Assembly: GCA_023511555.1 (NCBI GenBank)
Contig: JAIMBG010000003.1
Span: 1 to 39,452 of the forward strand
DNA from: Acetobacteraceae bacterium
GTDB taxonomy: Bacteria > Bacillota > Sulfobacillia > JAIMBG01
Direction: 5' to 3'
Length of the DNA stretch: 39,452 nt
How positions within the stretch are numbered: position 1 is the first letter of the stretch; each line of letters starts with the position of its first letter. Position numbers and translations under genes: made by a program. Positions 20,488-29,320 of the stretch are shown piece by piece. The notes under the pieces are model-generated. The model did no database searches and was not told the DNA's origin. It worked only from the letters and a program-made list of their open reading frames with translations.

Positions 20488-21381
20488 CTACGCCAGAAGC
20501 CCCTCCGGGCCCGCATAAACCGTAAGCCTTCCGCCGCGGGCAAACCCCACCAGCGTAAGCCCCAACTCCTGGGCCCGGGCCACGGCCCGATCGGTGGGGG
20601 CGGCCCGCGAGGCCACCATCCCCAGGCCCACCCGGGCCACCTTCTCCACCATGGCCTCCGACAGCCGGCAGCTCGCCACCAGGTAGACCCCGGCCGCGGC
20701 CGGCGGCGTGGCCGGGCCTCCGGCGCCGGGAGCCCCGGCCGCAGCGCCAGCCCGGCGAGCCCCCGACCCGCCGCCAGCGCCAGGCGCCCCAGCCCCGCCC
20801 CCAGGCGCCCAGCCTGCCCCGCCGCCGCATGCCCACCAGCCCACGACCTTGTCCACCGCCCGCCACCGGCTGAGGTCCTCCCGGACGACCAGCAGCTCCG
20901 GCCCGCGGGCCAGGCCGGCGCAGTGGGTGCCGCCGGTGGCCCGGTGCACCGCGGCCGCCCGGCCCAGCGCTTCCATGGCCTTCAGCACCTCCCCGGCGCT
21001 TACCCGCGGCCCGGGCGGCGGAGGGCCCTCGATCAGGCGCCCTGGCGGCGGCACGGCACCGCCGGAAGCTCCCTGGGGGGCAGGGCGCGGCCCCGGCCGG
21101 CTCCAGATCCGGGCCTCCCCGGAGGCGGCGTCTACCTCGACCCTTTCTACGGCCCCGGGGCCGGGGACCAGGCCCTCGGAAAGGACGTAGCCCCACACCA
21201 TCTCCTCCAGGTGGAGCGGGGAGCACTGGAGCCGCCCCAGATCCCGCCCGTCCAGCCAGATCCTGAGCCCGGACTCCCGCACCACCAGGTCGCGGCCTTC
21301 CACGGGCCGCCCCCCGCGGATCAGGCGCACCGGCACCCAGGTCGCAAGCGCATCGTCCCCCTCACTCCGCAGTCCTACCAC
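20488..21381 (-). CDS. fdhD: Formate dehydrogenase sulfurtransferase FdhD (divergent)
   Basis: CSP..LEEMVWGYVLSEG, TGGTHCAGL, VREDLSRWRAVDKVVG, RLSEAMVEK and SRAAPT..AV..AQELGLTLVGFAR. Lies directly after the FDH genes. Confidence 0.85.
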   Translation of the reverse strand: MVGLRSEGDDALATWVPVRLIRGGRPVEGRDLVVRESGLRIWLDGRDLGRLQCSPLHLEEMVWGYVLSEGLVPGPGAVERVEVDAASGEARIWSRPGPRPAPQGASGGAVPPPGRLIEGPPPPGPRVSAGEVLKAMEALGRAAAVHRATGGTHCAGLARGPELLVVREDLSRWRAVDKVVGWWACGGGAGWAPGGGAGAPGAGGGSGARRAGAAAGAPGAGGPATPPAAAGVYLVASCRLSEAMVEKVARVGLGMVASRAAPTDRAVARAQELGLTLVGFARGGRLTVYAGPEGLLA

Positions 21382-21886
21382 CTCCGCCGCCCCCGTCGGG
21401 CGCCTCCCTGGCGAAGCGGCGCAGGAGCCGCGACGCCTTATCGGGGGTGAGCCTCCCGAACGTCTGGTCGTCCACCATCATGGCCGGCGACAGCCCGCAG
21501 GCTCCGAGACAGGCCACCCTCTCCAGGGTAAACGCCCGGTCGGGGGTGGTGTCGCCCGGGGCGATGCCCAGGTCGGCTGACACCCGGCTCAGGATGCGCT
21601 CCCCGCCGCGCACGTGGCAGGCCGTGCCCAGGCAGACCCGGCACACGTGGCGGCCCCGCGGCTTGAGGTGGAACTGGGCGTAGAACGTGGCCACCCCGTA
21701 CACCTTGACCGCAGGCAACCCCAGGGCCCGGGCCGCCTCCTCCAGCGCCGGCCGGGGCAGGTATCCCATCTCCCTCTGGATGTCCTGGAGCAGGGGGATG
21801 AGCGCCCCCGGCTGCCCCCGATACCTGTCCAGCAGCGCGCCGAGCTTCCCGGAGTCCTCGACCGGTTCACCGCGCACGCCCCTCAC
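21362..21886 (-). CDS. NuoE/HydC-like [2Fe-2S] subunit of NAD-linked formate dehydrogenase
   Basis: LIPLLQDIQ..GYLP, VYGVATFYAQF, VCLGTACHVRG and VACLGACGLSP. Confidence 0.93.
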   Translation of the reverse strand: MRGVRGEPVEDSGKLGALLDRYRGQPGALIPLLQDIQREMGYLPRPALEEAARALGLPAVKVYGVATFYAQFHLKPRGRHVCRVCLGTACHVRGGERILSRVSADLGIAPGDTTPDRAFTLERVACLGACGLSPAMMVDDQTFGRLTPDKASRLLRRFAREAPDGGGGGGRTAE

Positions 21887-24590
21887 CCCCTTCGGCCTGG
21901 GCCGCCCGTGCCACGCGGGCCGCGCAGACCTTGAACTCCGGTATCCTGGCCACCGGGTCCAGGGCGGGGTTGGTGAGGAGGTTGGCCGCAGCCTCTGCGA
22001 AGTGGAAGGGGAGGAACAGGACCCCCCGCGCGGTGCGGTCGGTGACCTCGGCCCTCACCCGCACCCGGCCCCGGCGGGTCGAGACCTCTACCCAGTCCCC
22101 GTCCTCAACCTTGAGCCGCGCGGCGTCCTCGGGGTGGATCTCCACCCTGGCCTCGGGCCGGTGGGCGGAGAGCCCGTGCGACCGGCGGCTCATGGAGCCG
22201 GTGTGGTAGTGGTAGAGGATGCGGCCGGTGGTGAGCACCATGGGGTACTGGGCATCGGGCACCTCGGCCGGCCGCCGGTACTCCACGGGGATCAGCCGCC
22301 CCCGCCCCCGGGGGAACCGCTCGCGGTGAAGGACCGGGGTCCCGGGGTGGTCCGGGGAGGGGCAGGGCCAGACCAGCCCGTCCTCCCCCAGCCGTCCATG
22401 GCTCACGCCGCCGTATGTGGGCATGAGCCCCGCCATCTCCTCCATGACCGCCGCCGGGCCCCGGTACTGCCAGCCCTGGCCCAGGCGCGACGCCAGCTCC
22501 AGCACTATCTCCAGGTCGGGCCGGCTCCGGCCGGGAGGCTGCAGCGCCCGCCGCAGGAGCTGGATGCGGCGCTCGGTGGAAGTGAACGTGCCCTCCCGCT
22601 CGGCGAAGCTGGCGGCAGGCAGTACCACGTCGGCCAGCTTTGCCGTCTCGGTGAGGAAGATGTCCTGCACGGCCAGGAAGTCGAGGCGCTTGAGCGCCTC
22701 CTCCACGTGGCCCAGGTCGGGGTCGCTCAGCATGGGGTTTTCGCCCACGATATACATGGCCTTAAGCTCCCCGCGCCGCGCCGCCTCCATCATCTCCACC
22801 ACGGTGAGGCCGGGCTCGGCGGGGAGCCTGACCCCCCAGGCCCGCTCGAACCGGCCCCGGGCCTCGGGGTCGTCGACCCGCTGGTAGCCGGGCAGGTAGG
22901 CCGGGAGCGCCCCGGCGTCGCAGGCACCCTGCACGTTGTTCTGGCCCCGCAGCGGGTTGACCCCGCCGCCGTCGCAGCCCAGGTTGCCGGCCAGCATGGC
23001 CAGGTTGGCTATGGCCAGGACGTTGTCGGTGCCGGTGGTGTGCTGGGTTATGCCCATGGCGAAGAAGATGGCCCCGGGCCTGCGGGTGCCGTAGACCCTG
23101 GCGGCCCTGACCAAAAGCTCGGCGGGCACCCCGGTTATCTCCTCCACCCGCCGGGGGGGATAGGCCTCGAGCACGCGCGCCAGCTCGGCGAAGCCCTCGG
23201 TGCGCCCCTCCACGAACGCCGCGTCGTAGAGCCCCTCCTCAACCAGGACGTGGGCCAGGCCGTTGAGCAGGGCCACGTCCGTCCCGGGACGGTGCTGGAG
23301 GTGGATGTCGGCGCAAAGCGCCAGCTCGACCCGCCGGGGGTCGGCCACCAGCAGGGCGGCCCCGCGCCGGTGCGCCCGCCCGATGCGGGCGCCGATCACG
23401 GGGTGGGCCTCCACCGCGTTCGAGCCTATGACCAGCAGGGCCTGGGACCGGTCGATGTCGGCGATGGGGTTGGTCATGGCCGCGCTGCCGAACGCCATCA
23501 TCAGGCCCGCCAGGGTGGAGGCGTGGCACAGCCGGGCGCAGTGGTCCACGTTGTTGGTGCCCAGCGCCGCCCGGGCCAGCTTCTGAATGAGGTAATTCTC
23601 CTCGTTGGTGCACTTGGCGGAGCTCAGCACCCCCACCGCCTGGGGGCCGTGGCGGTCCCGGGCCTCTTTCAGCCCCCGGGCGGCCGCCTCCAGCGCCTCC
23701 TCCCAGCTCGCCGGCACCAGCCCGCCGTCCTTGCGCAGGAGCGGCTGGGTGAGGCGGTCGGGGCTGGAGAGGAAGTCCAGCCCGAACCGGCCCTTGACGC
23801 ACAGCAGCCCCTCGTTGGCCGGGCCCGGGGCGGGCGAGGCCCCGATGAACCGGTTGTCGCGGACGTGGAGGTAGAGGCTGCAGCCCACGCCGCAGTATGG
23901 GCAGATGGTGCGGACCCGGGTCTGCTCCCAGGCCCGGCCCTTGCCCACGAAGGCCCGGGGCATCAGCGCCCCCACCGGGCAGACGGCGGCGCAGTTGCCG
24001 CAGAAGAGGCAGGGGCTCTCCTCCAGGGGGACGTCAAACGCCGTGGTCACGCGGGTGGCGAACCCCCGGAAGGCGAAGTCCACGGCGCTCCGCCCCTGGC
24101 GCTCGGCGCACATCCTGATGCACCGGCCGCAGAGGATGCACTTTCTGTGGTCGCGGATGAAAAACGGGTTGCTGTCGTCGGGCGGGTAGTCCTTCCTTTC
24201 CCCGGGGTAGGTGGTGCGCTCCACCCCGTACTGGTAGGCGTAGCGCTGCAGCTCGCACTCCCCCGCCTTTTGGCAGGTGAGGCAGTCCTCGGGGTGGTTG
24301 GCGAGCAGCAGGCTGATGACGGTGCGGCGCGCCCTCACCACCCGCGGCGACTCGGTCTCCACCACCATGCCGTCCTGGACCGGGGTCACGCAGGAGGCCA
24401 GCAGGGTGCGGGCGTTCTTCACCTCGACCAGGCACAGCCTGCAGGCCCCGATGTCGCTGAGCAGGGGGTGGTGGCAGAGATGGGGGATGGCTATTCCCGC
24501 CTCCTCCGCGGCCTGGAACACCGTGGCCCCCGGCCGGGCCAGGACCTGAAGGCCGTTTATCTGGAGCTTGAGGCTACCCACGGGACTCAC
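21867..24590 (-). CDS. fdhF: Formate dehydrogenase alpha subunit (Mo/W-bis-PGD, Cys ligand) with N-terminal NuoG-like Fe-S domains
   Basis: IPHLCHH..GACRLC, HPEDCLTC, CILCGRCIRMC, CLFCGNCAAVCP, CPYCGVGC, DHCARLCHAS (TGC codon), PLRGQNNVQG, LTTGR..HYHTG and PEFKVCA. Confidence 0.95.
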   Translation of the reverse strand: MSPVGSLKLQINGLQVLARPGATVFQAAEEAGIAIPHLCHHPLLSDIGACRLCLVEVKNARTLLASCVTPVQDGMVVETESPRVVRARRTVISLLLANHPEDCLTCQKAGECELQRYAYQYGVERTTYPGERKDYPPDDSNPFFIRDHRKCILCGRCIRMCAERQGRSAVDFAFRGFATRVTTAFDVPLEESPCLFCGNCAAVCPVGALMPRAFVGKGRAWEQTRVRTICPYCGVGCSLYLHVRDNRFIGASPAPGPANEGLLCVKGRFGLDFLSSPDRLTQPLLRKDGGLVPASWEEALEAAARGLKEARDRHGPQAVGVLSSAKCTNEENYLIQKLARAALGTNNVDHCARLCHASTLAGLMMAFGSAAMTNPIADIDRSQALLVIGSNAVEAHPVIGARIGRAHRRGAALLVADPRRVELALCADIHLQHRPGTDVALLNGLAHVLVEEGLYDAAFVEGRTEGFAELARVLEAYPPRRVEEITGVPAELLVRAARVYGTRRPGAIFFAMGITQHTTGTDNVLAIANLAMLAGNLGCDGGGVNPLRGQNNVQGACDAGALPAYLPGYQRVDDPEARGRFERAWGVRLPAEPGLTVVEMMEAARRGELKAMYIVGENPMLSDPDLGHVEEALKRLDFLAVQDIFLTETAKLADVVLPAASFAEREGTFTSTERRIQLLRRALQPPGRSRPDLEIVLELASRLGQGWQYRGPAAVMEEMAGLMPTYGGVSHGRLGEDGLVWPCPSPDHPGTPVLHRERFPRGRGRLIPVEYRRPAEVPDAQYPMVLTTGRILYHYHTGSMSRRSHGLSAHRPEARVEIHPEDAARLKVEDGDWVEVSTRRGRVRVRAEVTDRTARGVLFLPFHFAEAAANLLTNPALDPVARIPEFKVCAARVARAAQAEGGEGRAR

Positions 24591-26523
24591 CTCCCCGCCT
24601 GGGCGACCGGTCGCCTGGGGCAGCCGCCGCGGAGGCGGCAGGGTTTGGGCTGGCCTCCCCTGCGGGCGCCTCGTCCGGAGAGCCGGTCAGCACCGCGCCG
24701 AAGGCGCAGGCCGCCTCGCAGGCCCCGCACCTTATGCAGCGGGCCGGGTCGATGACGTGGGGCTCCTTCCTTACACCCGAGATGGCCCCGGAGGCGCAGG
24801 CATCCAGGCACTTGCCGCAGCCCTTGCACCGGGAGGGGTCGATGTAAAAGGCGCAGAGCGCCCGGCAGACCCCGGCGGGGCAGCGCCGATGCAGCACGTG
24901 GGCCTCGTACTCCTCGCGGAAGTAGCGCAGCGTGGTCAGCACCGGGTTGGGGGCCGTCTGGCCCAGCCCACAGAGCGACGACTCCTTGACCACCTGGGCC
25001 AGCTCCTCCAGCCGCTCCAGGTCTCCGGGCCGGCCCTCGCCCCGGGTGAAGCGGACCAGCATCTCCAGCATGCGCCTGGTGCCCTCCCGGCAGGGCACGC
25101 ACTTGCCGCAGGACTCGCTCTGCACGAAGTTGAGGAAGAACCGCGCCAGGTCCACCATGCAGGTGCGGTCGTCGAGCACCACCAGGCCGCCCGAGCCCAT
25201 CATGGCCCCCGCCTGGGTGAGCGAGTCGTACTCTATGGGGGTGTCGAGCAGGGACTCGGGAAGGCACCCGCCCGACGGCCCCCCGATCTGGACCGCCTTG
25301 AACCCCCGGCCCTCCTTGATGCCGCCGCCCACCTCGAAGATGAGCTCCCGGAGGGTGAGCCCCATCGGCACCTCGGGGAGCCCGGTGCGGGCGATCTTGC
25401 CCGTGAGCGCGAACACCTTGGTGCCCTTGCTCCGTTCCGTGCCCACGGCGGCAAACGCATCGCCGCCCCCCAGGATGATGGTGGGGACGTTGGCGTAGGT
25501 CTCCACGTTGTTGATGTTGGTGGGCTTGCCCCAGAGCCCCTGGATGGCGGGGAACGGCGGCCGGGGCCGGGGCATGCCCCTCTCCCCCTGGATGGAGGCC
25601 AAGAGCGCCGTCTCCTCCCCGCACACGAACGCCCCTGCGCCCTCCTTGATCTTGAGGTGGAAGTTGAAGCCCGTGCCCAGGACGCCGTCGCCCAGGATGC
25701 CCAGGTCTTCGGCCTGGGAGATGGCGAGGCGCAGCCGCGCCACCGCCAGCGGGTACTCCGCCCGGACGTAGAGGTACCCCTCGTCCGCGCCGATGGCAAA
25801 CGCGGCTATGATCATGCCCTCGATGACGGAGTGGGGGTCGCCCTCCATGACGCTCCGGTCCATGAACGCGCCGGGGTCCCCCTCGTCCCCGTTGCAAACC
25901 ACGTACTTCTTGTCGCCCGGGGCGCCGGCGGTGAACTCCCACTTGAGGCCGGTGGGGAAGCCGGCCCCGCCGCGGCCCCGCAGCCCCGAGCGCTTCACCT
26001 CGGCGATGATCTCCTCCCGGCTCATGGCGCTCAAGGCCTTCACCAGCGCGGAGTAGCCGCCGTGGGCGATGTAGTCCTCGATGTTCTCGGGGTCGATGAA
26101 GCCGCAGTTCTTCAGCACCACCCGGCGCTGCTTGGCGTAGAACTGCAGGCCGGGGTAGGGCCGCTCCGGCGTCCCCACCAGGCCCACCAGCCAGTCTTCG
26201 ACGCGGCGGCCGCCCACCACCTCTTCCTCCACCAGCCGGGGGACGCGGTCGGGGGTCATGTTGCCGTAGCTCCAGCGCTCGCCGTCGCGCTCTACGTCCA
26301 CCAGCACCTCGGCCTCGCAGAGGCCGATGCAGCCCACCCGGGCGATGTCCGCCCTGAGCCCGCGGCGGCCCAGCTCGGCCTCCAGGGCGGCCAGCACCTC
26401 CCTGCCGCCGGCGGCCACGCCGCAGGTGCCCAGCCCCACGATGAGGCGGAGGCCGTCCTTGGCCTGGGCCTTTTGGGCCAGCCGGTTCTGAAAGTCCTTG
26501 AAGTTGGCCAGGGTTAATCTCAT
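24574..26523 (-). CDS. NuoF/HydB-like FMN/NADH-binding subunit
   Basis: N-terminal thioredoxin-like Fe-S domain (TCG..GCIGLC), SGLRGRGGAGFPTG.KW, CNGDEGDPGAFMDR, GAGAFVCGEETAL, GGPSGG, ESCGKCVPCREG and C-terminal 2x[4Fe-4S]. ATG at 26523. Confidence 0.94.
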   Translation of the reverse strand: MRLTLANFKDFQNRLAQKAQAKDGLRLIVGLGTCGVAAGGREVLAALEAELGRRGLRADIARVGCIGLCEAEVLVDVERDGERWSYGNMTPDRVPRLVEEEVVGGRRVEDWLVGLVGTPERPYPGLQFYAKQRRVVLKNCGFIDPENIEDYIAHGGYSALVKALSAMSREEIIAEVKRSGLRGRGGAGFPTGLKWEFTAGAPGDKKYVVCNGDEGDPGAFMDRSVMEGDPHSVIEGMIIAAFAIGADEGYLYVRAEYPLAVARLRLAISQAEDLGILGDGVLGTGFNFHLKIKEGAGAFVCGEETALLASIQGERGMPRPRPPFPAIQGLWGKPTNINNVETYANVPTIILGGGDAFAAVGTERSKGTKVFALTGKIARTGLPEVPMGLTLRELIFEVGGGIKEGRGFKAVQIGGPSGGCLPESLLDTPIEYDSLTQAGAMMGSGGLVVLDDRTCMVDLARFFLNFVQSESCGKCVPCREGTRRMLEMLVRFTRGEGRPGDLERLEELAQVVKESSLCGLGQTAPNPVLTTLRYFREEYEAHVLHRRCPAGVCRALCAFYIDPSRCKGCGKCLDACASGAISGVRKEPHVIDPARCIRCGACEAACAFGAVLTGSPDEAPAGEASPNPAASAAAAPGDRSPRRGGESRG

Positions 26524-26726
26524 GCGCCGCACCACCTGCCTTCGCCCCAGAATCCCCACAGCACCGCAGGGCGGTCGCCGACCGCAATCAAGACGCTTTG
26601 ACCTCGCCCAGGGACCCTGCGCCTCCACGGACGCCCGGCAAGCCTGTGCCGGCCGCCCCCAAGACGGCAACGGAGTTCCGCGTCCCTGCGGGGTGCCCCC
26701 CGCGCCCAACCGCGCACCGGACAGTT

Positions 26727-26754
26727 ATTCTAGACCCCGGGAGGCTTCTCCTTC
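26727..26754 (-). promoter_or_regulatory. SigH-like promoter candidate for the FDH operon
   Basis: GAAGGA-N18-GAAT (TAGAAT) about 200 nt upstream of the NuoF-like start. Confidence 0.5.
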
Positions 26755-26919
26755 AGGGGGGAGAGAGGGGGAGGGGAAAGGAGGGAAGGGCGGTGTGTAC
26801 GAGATCAGATGACGCTCGCCTCCGGTGAACCGAAGCGCCGCAGGTGACTGTAATGCTTCCGGCCGTCAAGCGGGAGGTCTCGCCGCCAGGGGGGACCGCC
26901 AGGCGGGAGGTACGGGCGG

Positions 26920-27690
26920 TCAGGGCGTCGGGCCGCGCGCCCTGCCTCGGAGTCCCAGGAGCAGCCGCACGACGCTGATGGCGTTCTCGTCGGCCTCGAA
27001 CTCGTTGGCCTCGAGCACCACCGTGGCGCAGTCATCCTCGGTGAGAAAGCCGGTGATGGTGCGGTCCTCCAGGATCAGGCGCAGCCGGGCCCTGCCGAAG
27101 GGGCACCCGGCGGGGCCGCAGTAGGTGGCCTCCCGGAGCCCGGCCTCCACCAGGCGCAGCACCGCGGGGTCGTCGACGACGAACGACCCCGTGCGGGTGT
27201 CAACGGCGATGCGCCGCAGGCCCCGGATGTCGCCGGGGTCGAAGGGGCGCCAGGCAGCCAGGGCGTGGAGCCGCGAGGCGAGCGCGGGGGCGCGAAGGTA
27301 GGCGCCCCCGAAGTCCACCCAGCCCTTCCCCAGGGCGTGGACCACCACCACGCCCTCCTCCAGCGTCGTCGCCGCGGTTATCGAACGCTCGCCTTCGTAC
27401 AGAAGATCGAGCGCCACCCCGGTGAGGCGCCGGTGGCAGTCCTCCATCACCGGCGCCCCCTGCAGCAGTGAAGTCAGCTCCGCGATCGTGGCGGGGTCGC
27501 TGATGGTGGCCTCCCAGCGCGCCCCGAAGGAGCGGCAGACGGCGCGGAGCGGGACGGCGGCGGGAAGGCAAAACCGGCCTCCGGCGATGGTGGGCGGGTC
27601 GAGCCCGCCCGCCGCACTCAGAGCCGGCAGCGCGAGGGTAAGAAGCAGCCCCAGCGCCGAAAGCGCGGCCAAGAAGCGCTTCGAACCCAT
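26920..27690 (-). CDS. Hypothetical exported protein with two internally similar domains
   Basis: Signal peptide MGSKRFLAALSALGLLLTLALPALSA. Repeated pattern TISDPATIAELTSLLQGA / VVDDPAVLRLVEAGLREA. GGAGG SD. Confidence 0.7.
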   Translation of the reverse strand: MGSKRFLAALSALGLLLTLALPALSAAGGLDPPTIAGGRFCLPAAVPLRAVCRSFGARWEATISDPATIAELTSLLQGAPVMEDCHRRLTGVALDLLYEGERSITAATTLEEGVVVVHALGKGWVDFGGAYLRAPALASRLHALAAWRPFDPGDIRGLRRIAVDTRTGSFVVDDPAVLRLVEAGLREATYCGPAGCPFGRARLRLILEDRTITGFLTEDDCATVVLEANEFEADENAISVVRLLLGLRGRARGPTP

Positions 27691-27970
27691 GGCGTTCATC
27701 CCTCCGACGGCGGCGGCTCCACCAAGTATCCGCCACCGCAGACGGCCCGGCCTTTCCTGGGGGGGAGCCGGACTAGAAGGCCCCGGGCCCCGCTGCAGCA
27801 CGCGGGGAAGGGGCTTCAGGAGGTCCCCGTCGGTCTCAGGGGGGCTGGCTGAACAGCGGCGGTCTTCTGGACGGAGCTGGCGCGGCGTGCGATGGCGCGC
27901 AGCGGGGACAGGGCGTCACGGGCGTGTCCAGGGGTATGTGGGGCTTCAGGGTGGTGACAGCCCTGCCGAG

Positions 27971-28040
27971 GTGCTCAAGTCCTGCGGCAGCAGCCTGCCG
28001 TACGGCGTGCTCAGGGCCTGCGGCAGCAGGCTGCCCTACG
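27971..28040. repeat. Two-copy 36-bp-period tandem repeat
   Basis: GTGCTCAAGTCCTGCGGCAGCAGCCTGCCGTACG vs GTGCTCAGGGCCTGCGGCAGCAGGCTGCCCTACG (30/34 identical). Confidence 0.85.
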
Positions 28041-28090
28041 ACGACGAACAAGGCGGTGGATAGTTGCTCCAGAACCGTACGCCGATGAGG

Positions 28091-29314
28091 TTAGGGCACA
28101 ACGAAGGTCACAATGCTCTCCCGCGAAGGTCTCCGCCCATACTTACCCATCTGCTGCGCGCTGTTGCCCCTGTACCTGACAGCGAGAATGCGGCGGCACG
28201 CGAGGCCAGCTTGTTCGCCCACCTCGGCGCACAACTCATCTACCGGGACCAGGACACCACAGTACTGAGCGTTTCCAACGACGACAGCCACCCTGGCTCC
28301 CGGAAGGCACACGCGACGGATCTCGCTCAACGCAAGATACATGTCGATGAAGTAGCCTTCCACCATAGCGGGAACCCGTCGATCTGTACTGGCGGCCTGA
28401 ATCAGGGACACAATCTCCCTTAGCGTCGAAGGTCGCTGGTACCCTCGAGGCACGGGGCGTTGCGGCCGGGCCTCGGGATGAGAGTGAAAGCTCTGGTATC
28501 GGAGCGCCCGAGTCTGCTCCCAGTTCAAGAACGCTAGCATGAGTTCAACGCCGAACACCCTGGTATAATCATGTCGGTTGGGATAAGGCGGAGAAGTGAT
28601 GACTGCTGTAAACACGCGTCCCGTGACAGGCAGTCGCCGCGCGTCGGCCTGTTCCACCGCCCATTGAGACCCGGAAGGACGATGAACGCGGTTGAGGTCG
28701 GAGAGCATCATGCCTAGGCGCTCAGCAAGGGCGTGGGGGAAGGTGTGTGCTGGCGCTCTCGTCTTCACCCATTTAAGCCAGCCGCCCGCGGGTATGGCTC
28801 GGCTGTACCGGGGTATCACGCCCAGCACGCCGAGTCTAAAAAAGTCCCTCTCGGGTTCAGATAAGGGCAGCTCAGCTATGGTAGCAAGGGCGGAGGCGAA
28901 GGTACCTAGCAAACGGCCGGGCAGCGCCCTTCTTACCAGTTGGGAGTAGCGTCCATGAGCACGACCGGGCTTACCAAGGGAGTCAAGCAGTCGGGAAGAG
29001 AGCGCGGAAAGCCGCTTGACGTCCAAGTCGCTGACCTTTGTTCTCGCTGCGAGGACGGCCAGGGGCGAAAGGTCAAACCCGGTCGCGGGTACACCCTGTT
29101 CACGCGCGGCAAGTACCGTCGTCCCGGCCCCGACGAACGGATCCAGCACGCGATCCTTGGCACCCAAGTTCCACTCCTCAAATAACGCGTGTACTAGGTC
29201 GCTGGAGAAGCTGTGGGGAAACACGTACCAGCGGTGAATGGGCTTGGAGTGAAGACCGTGGGGGGTCACCCAAGGTCCCCAGGCTGGGCGTTCCTCTACC
29301 GCATAAGTGGGCAC
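28091..29314 (-). CDS. Amino-DNA methyltransferase, SPPY type (probable m4C, alpha motif order)
   Basis: WYVFPHSFS, VLDPFVGAGTT (motif I) and GFDLSPLA, then ADARRLP..VITSPPY (motif IV). Confidence 0.9.
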   Translation of the reverse strand: MPTYAVEERPAWGPWVTPHGLHSKPIHRWYVFPHSFSSDLVHALFEEWNLGAKDRVLDPFVGAGTTVLAAREQGVPATGFDLSPLAVLAARTKVSDLDVKRLSALSSRLLDSLGKPGRAHGRYSQLVRRALPGRLLGTFASALATIAELPLSEPERDFFRLGVLGVIPRYSRAIPAGGWLKWVKTRAPAHTFPHALAERLGMMLSDLNRVHRPSGSQWAVEQADARRLPVTGRVFTAVITSPPYPNRHDYTRVFGVELMLAFLNWEQTRALRYQSFHSHPEARPQRPVPRGYQRPSTLREIVSLIQAASTDRRVPAMVEGYFIDMYLALSEIRRVCLPGARVAVVVGNAQYCGVLVPVDELCAEVGEQAGLACRRILAVRYRGNSAQQMGKYGRRPSRESIVTFVVP

Positions 29315-29320
29315 TAGCGT

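Noticed and set aside
23521-23550. Possible selenocysteine in the FDH active site
   Set aside because: The ligand codon in DHCARLCH is TGC (Cys) and the ORF is uninterrupted.
21687-24755. 1022-aa + strand ORF and other long ORFs (8630..10615, 19525..21450, 24568..26517, 24587..26587, 2711..3982, 7332..8501, 13039..14427)
   Set aside because: Antisense or off-frame shadows of well-supported genes, expected at very high GC; no recognisable motifs.
27971-28040. CRISPR array
   Set aside because: Only two abutting units, no spacers and no cas genes.
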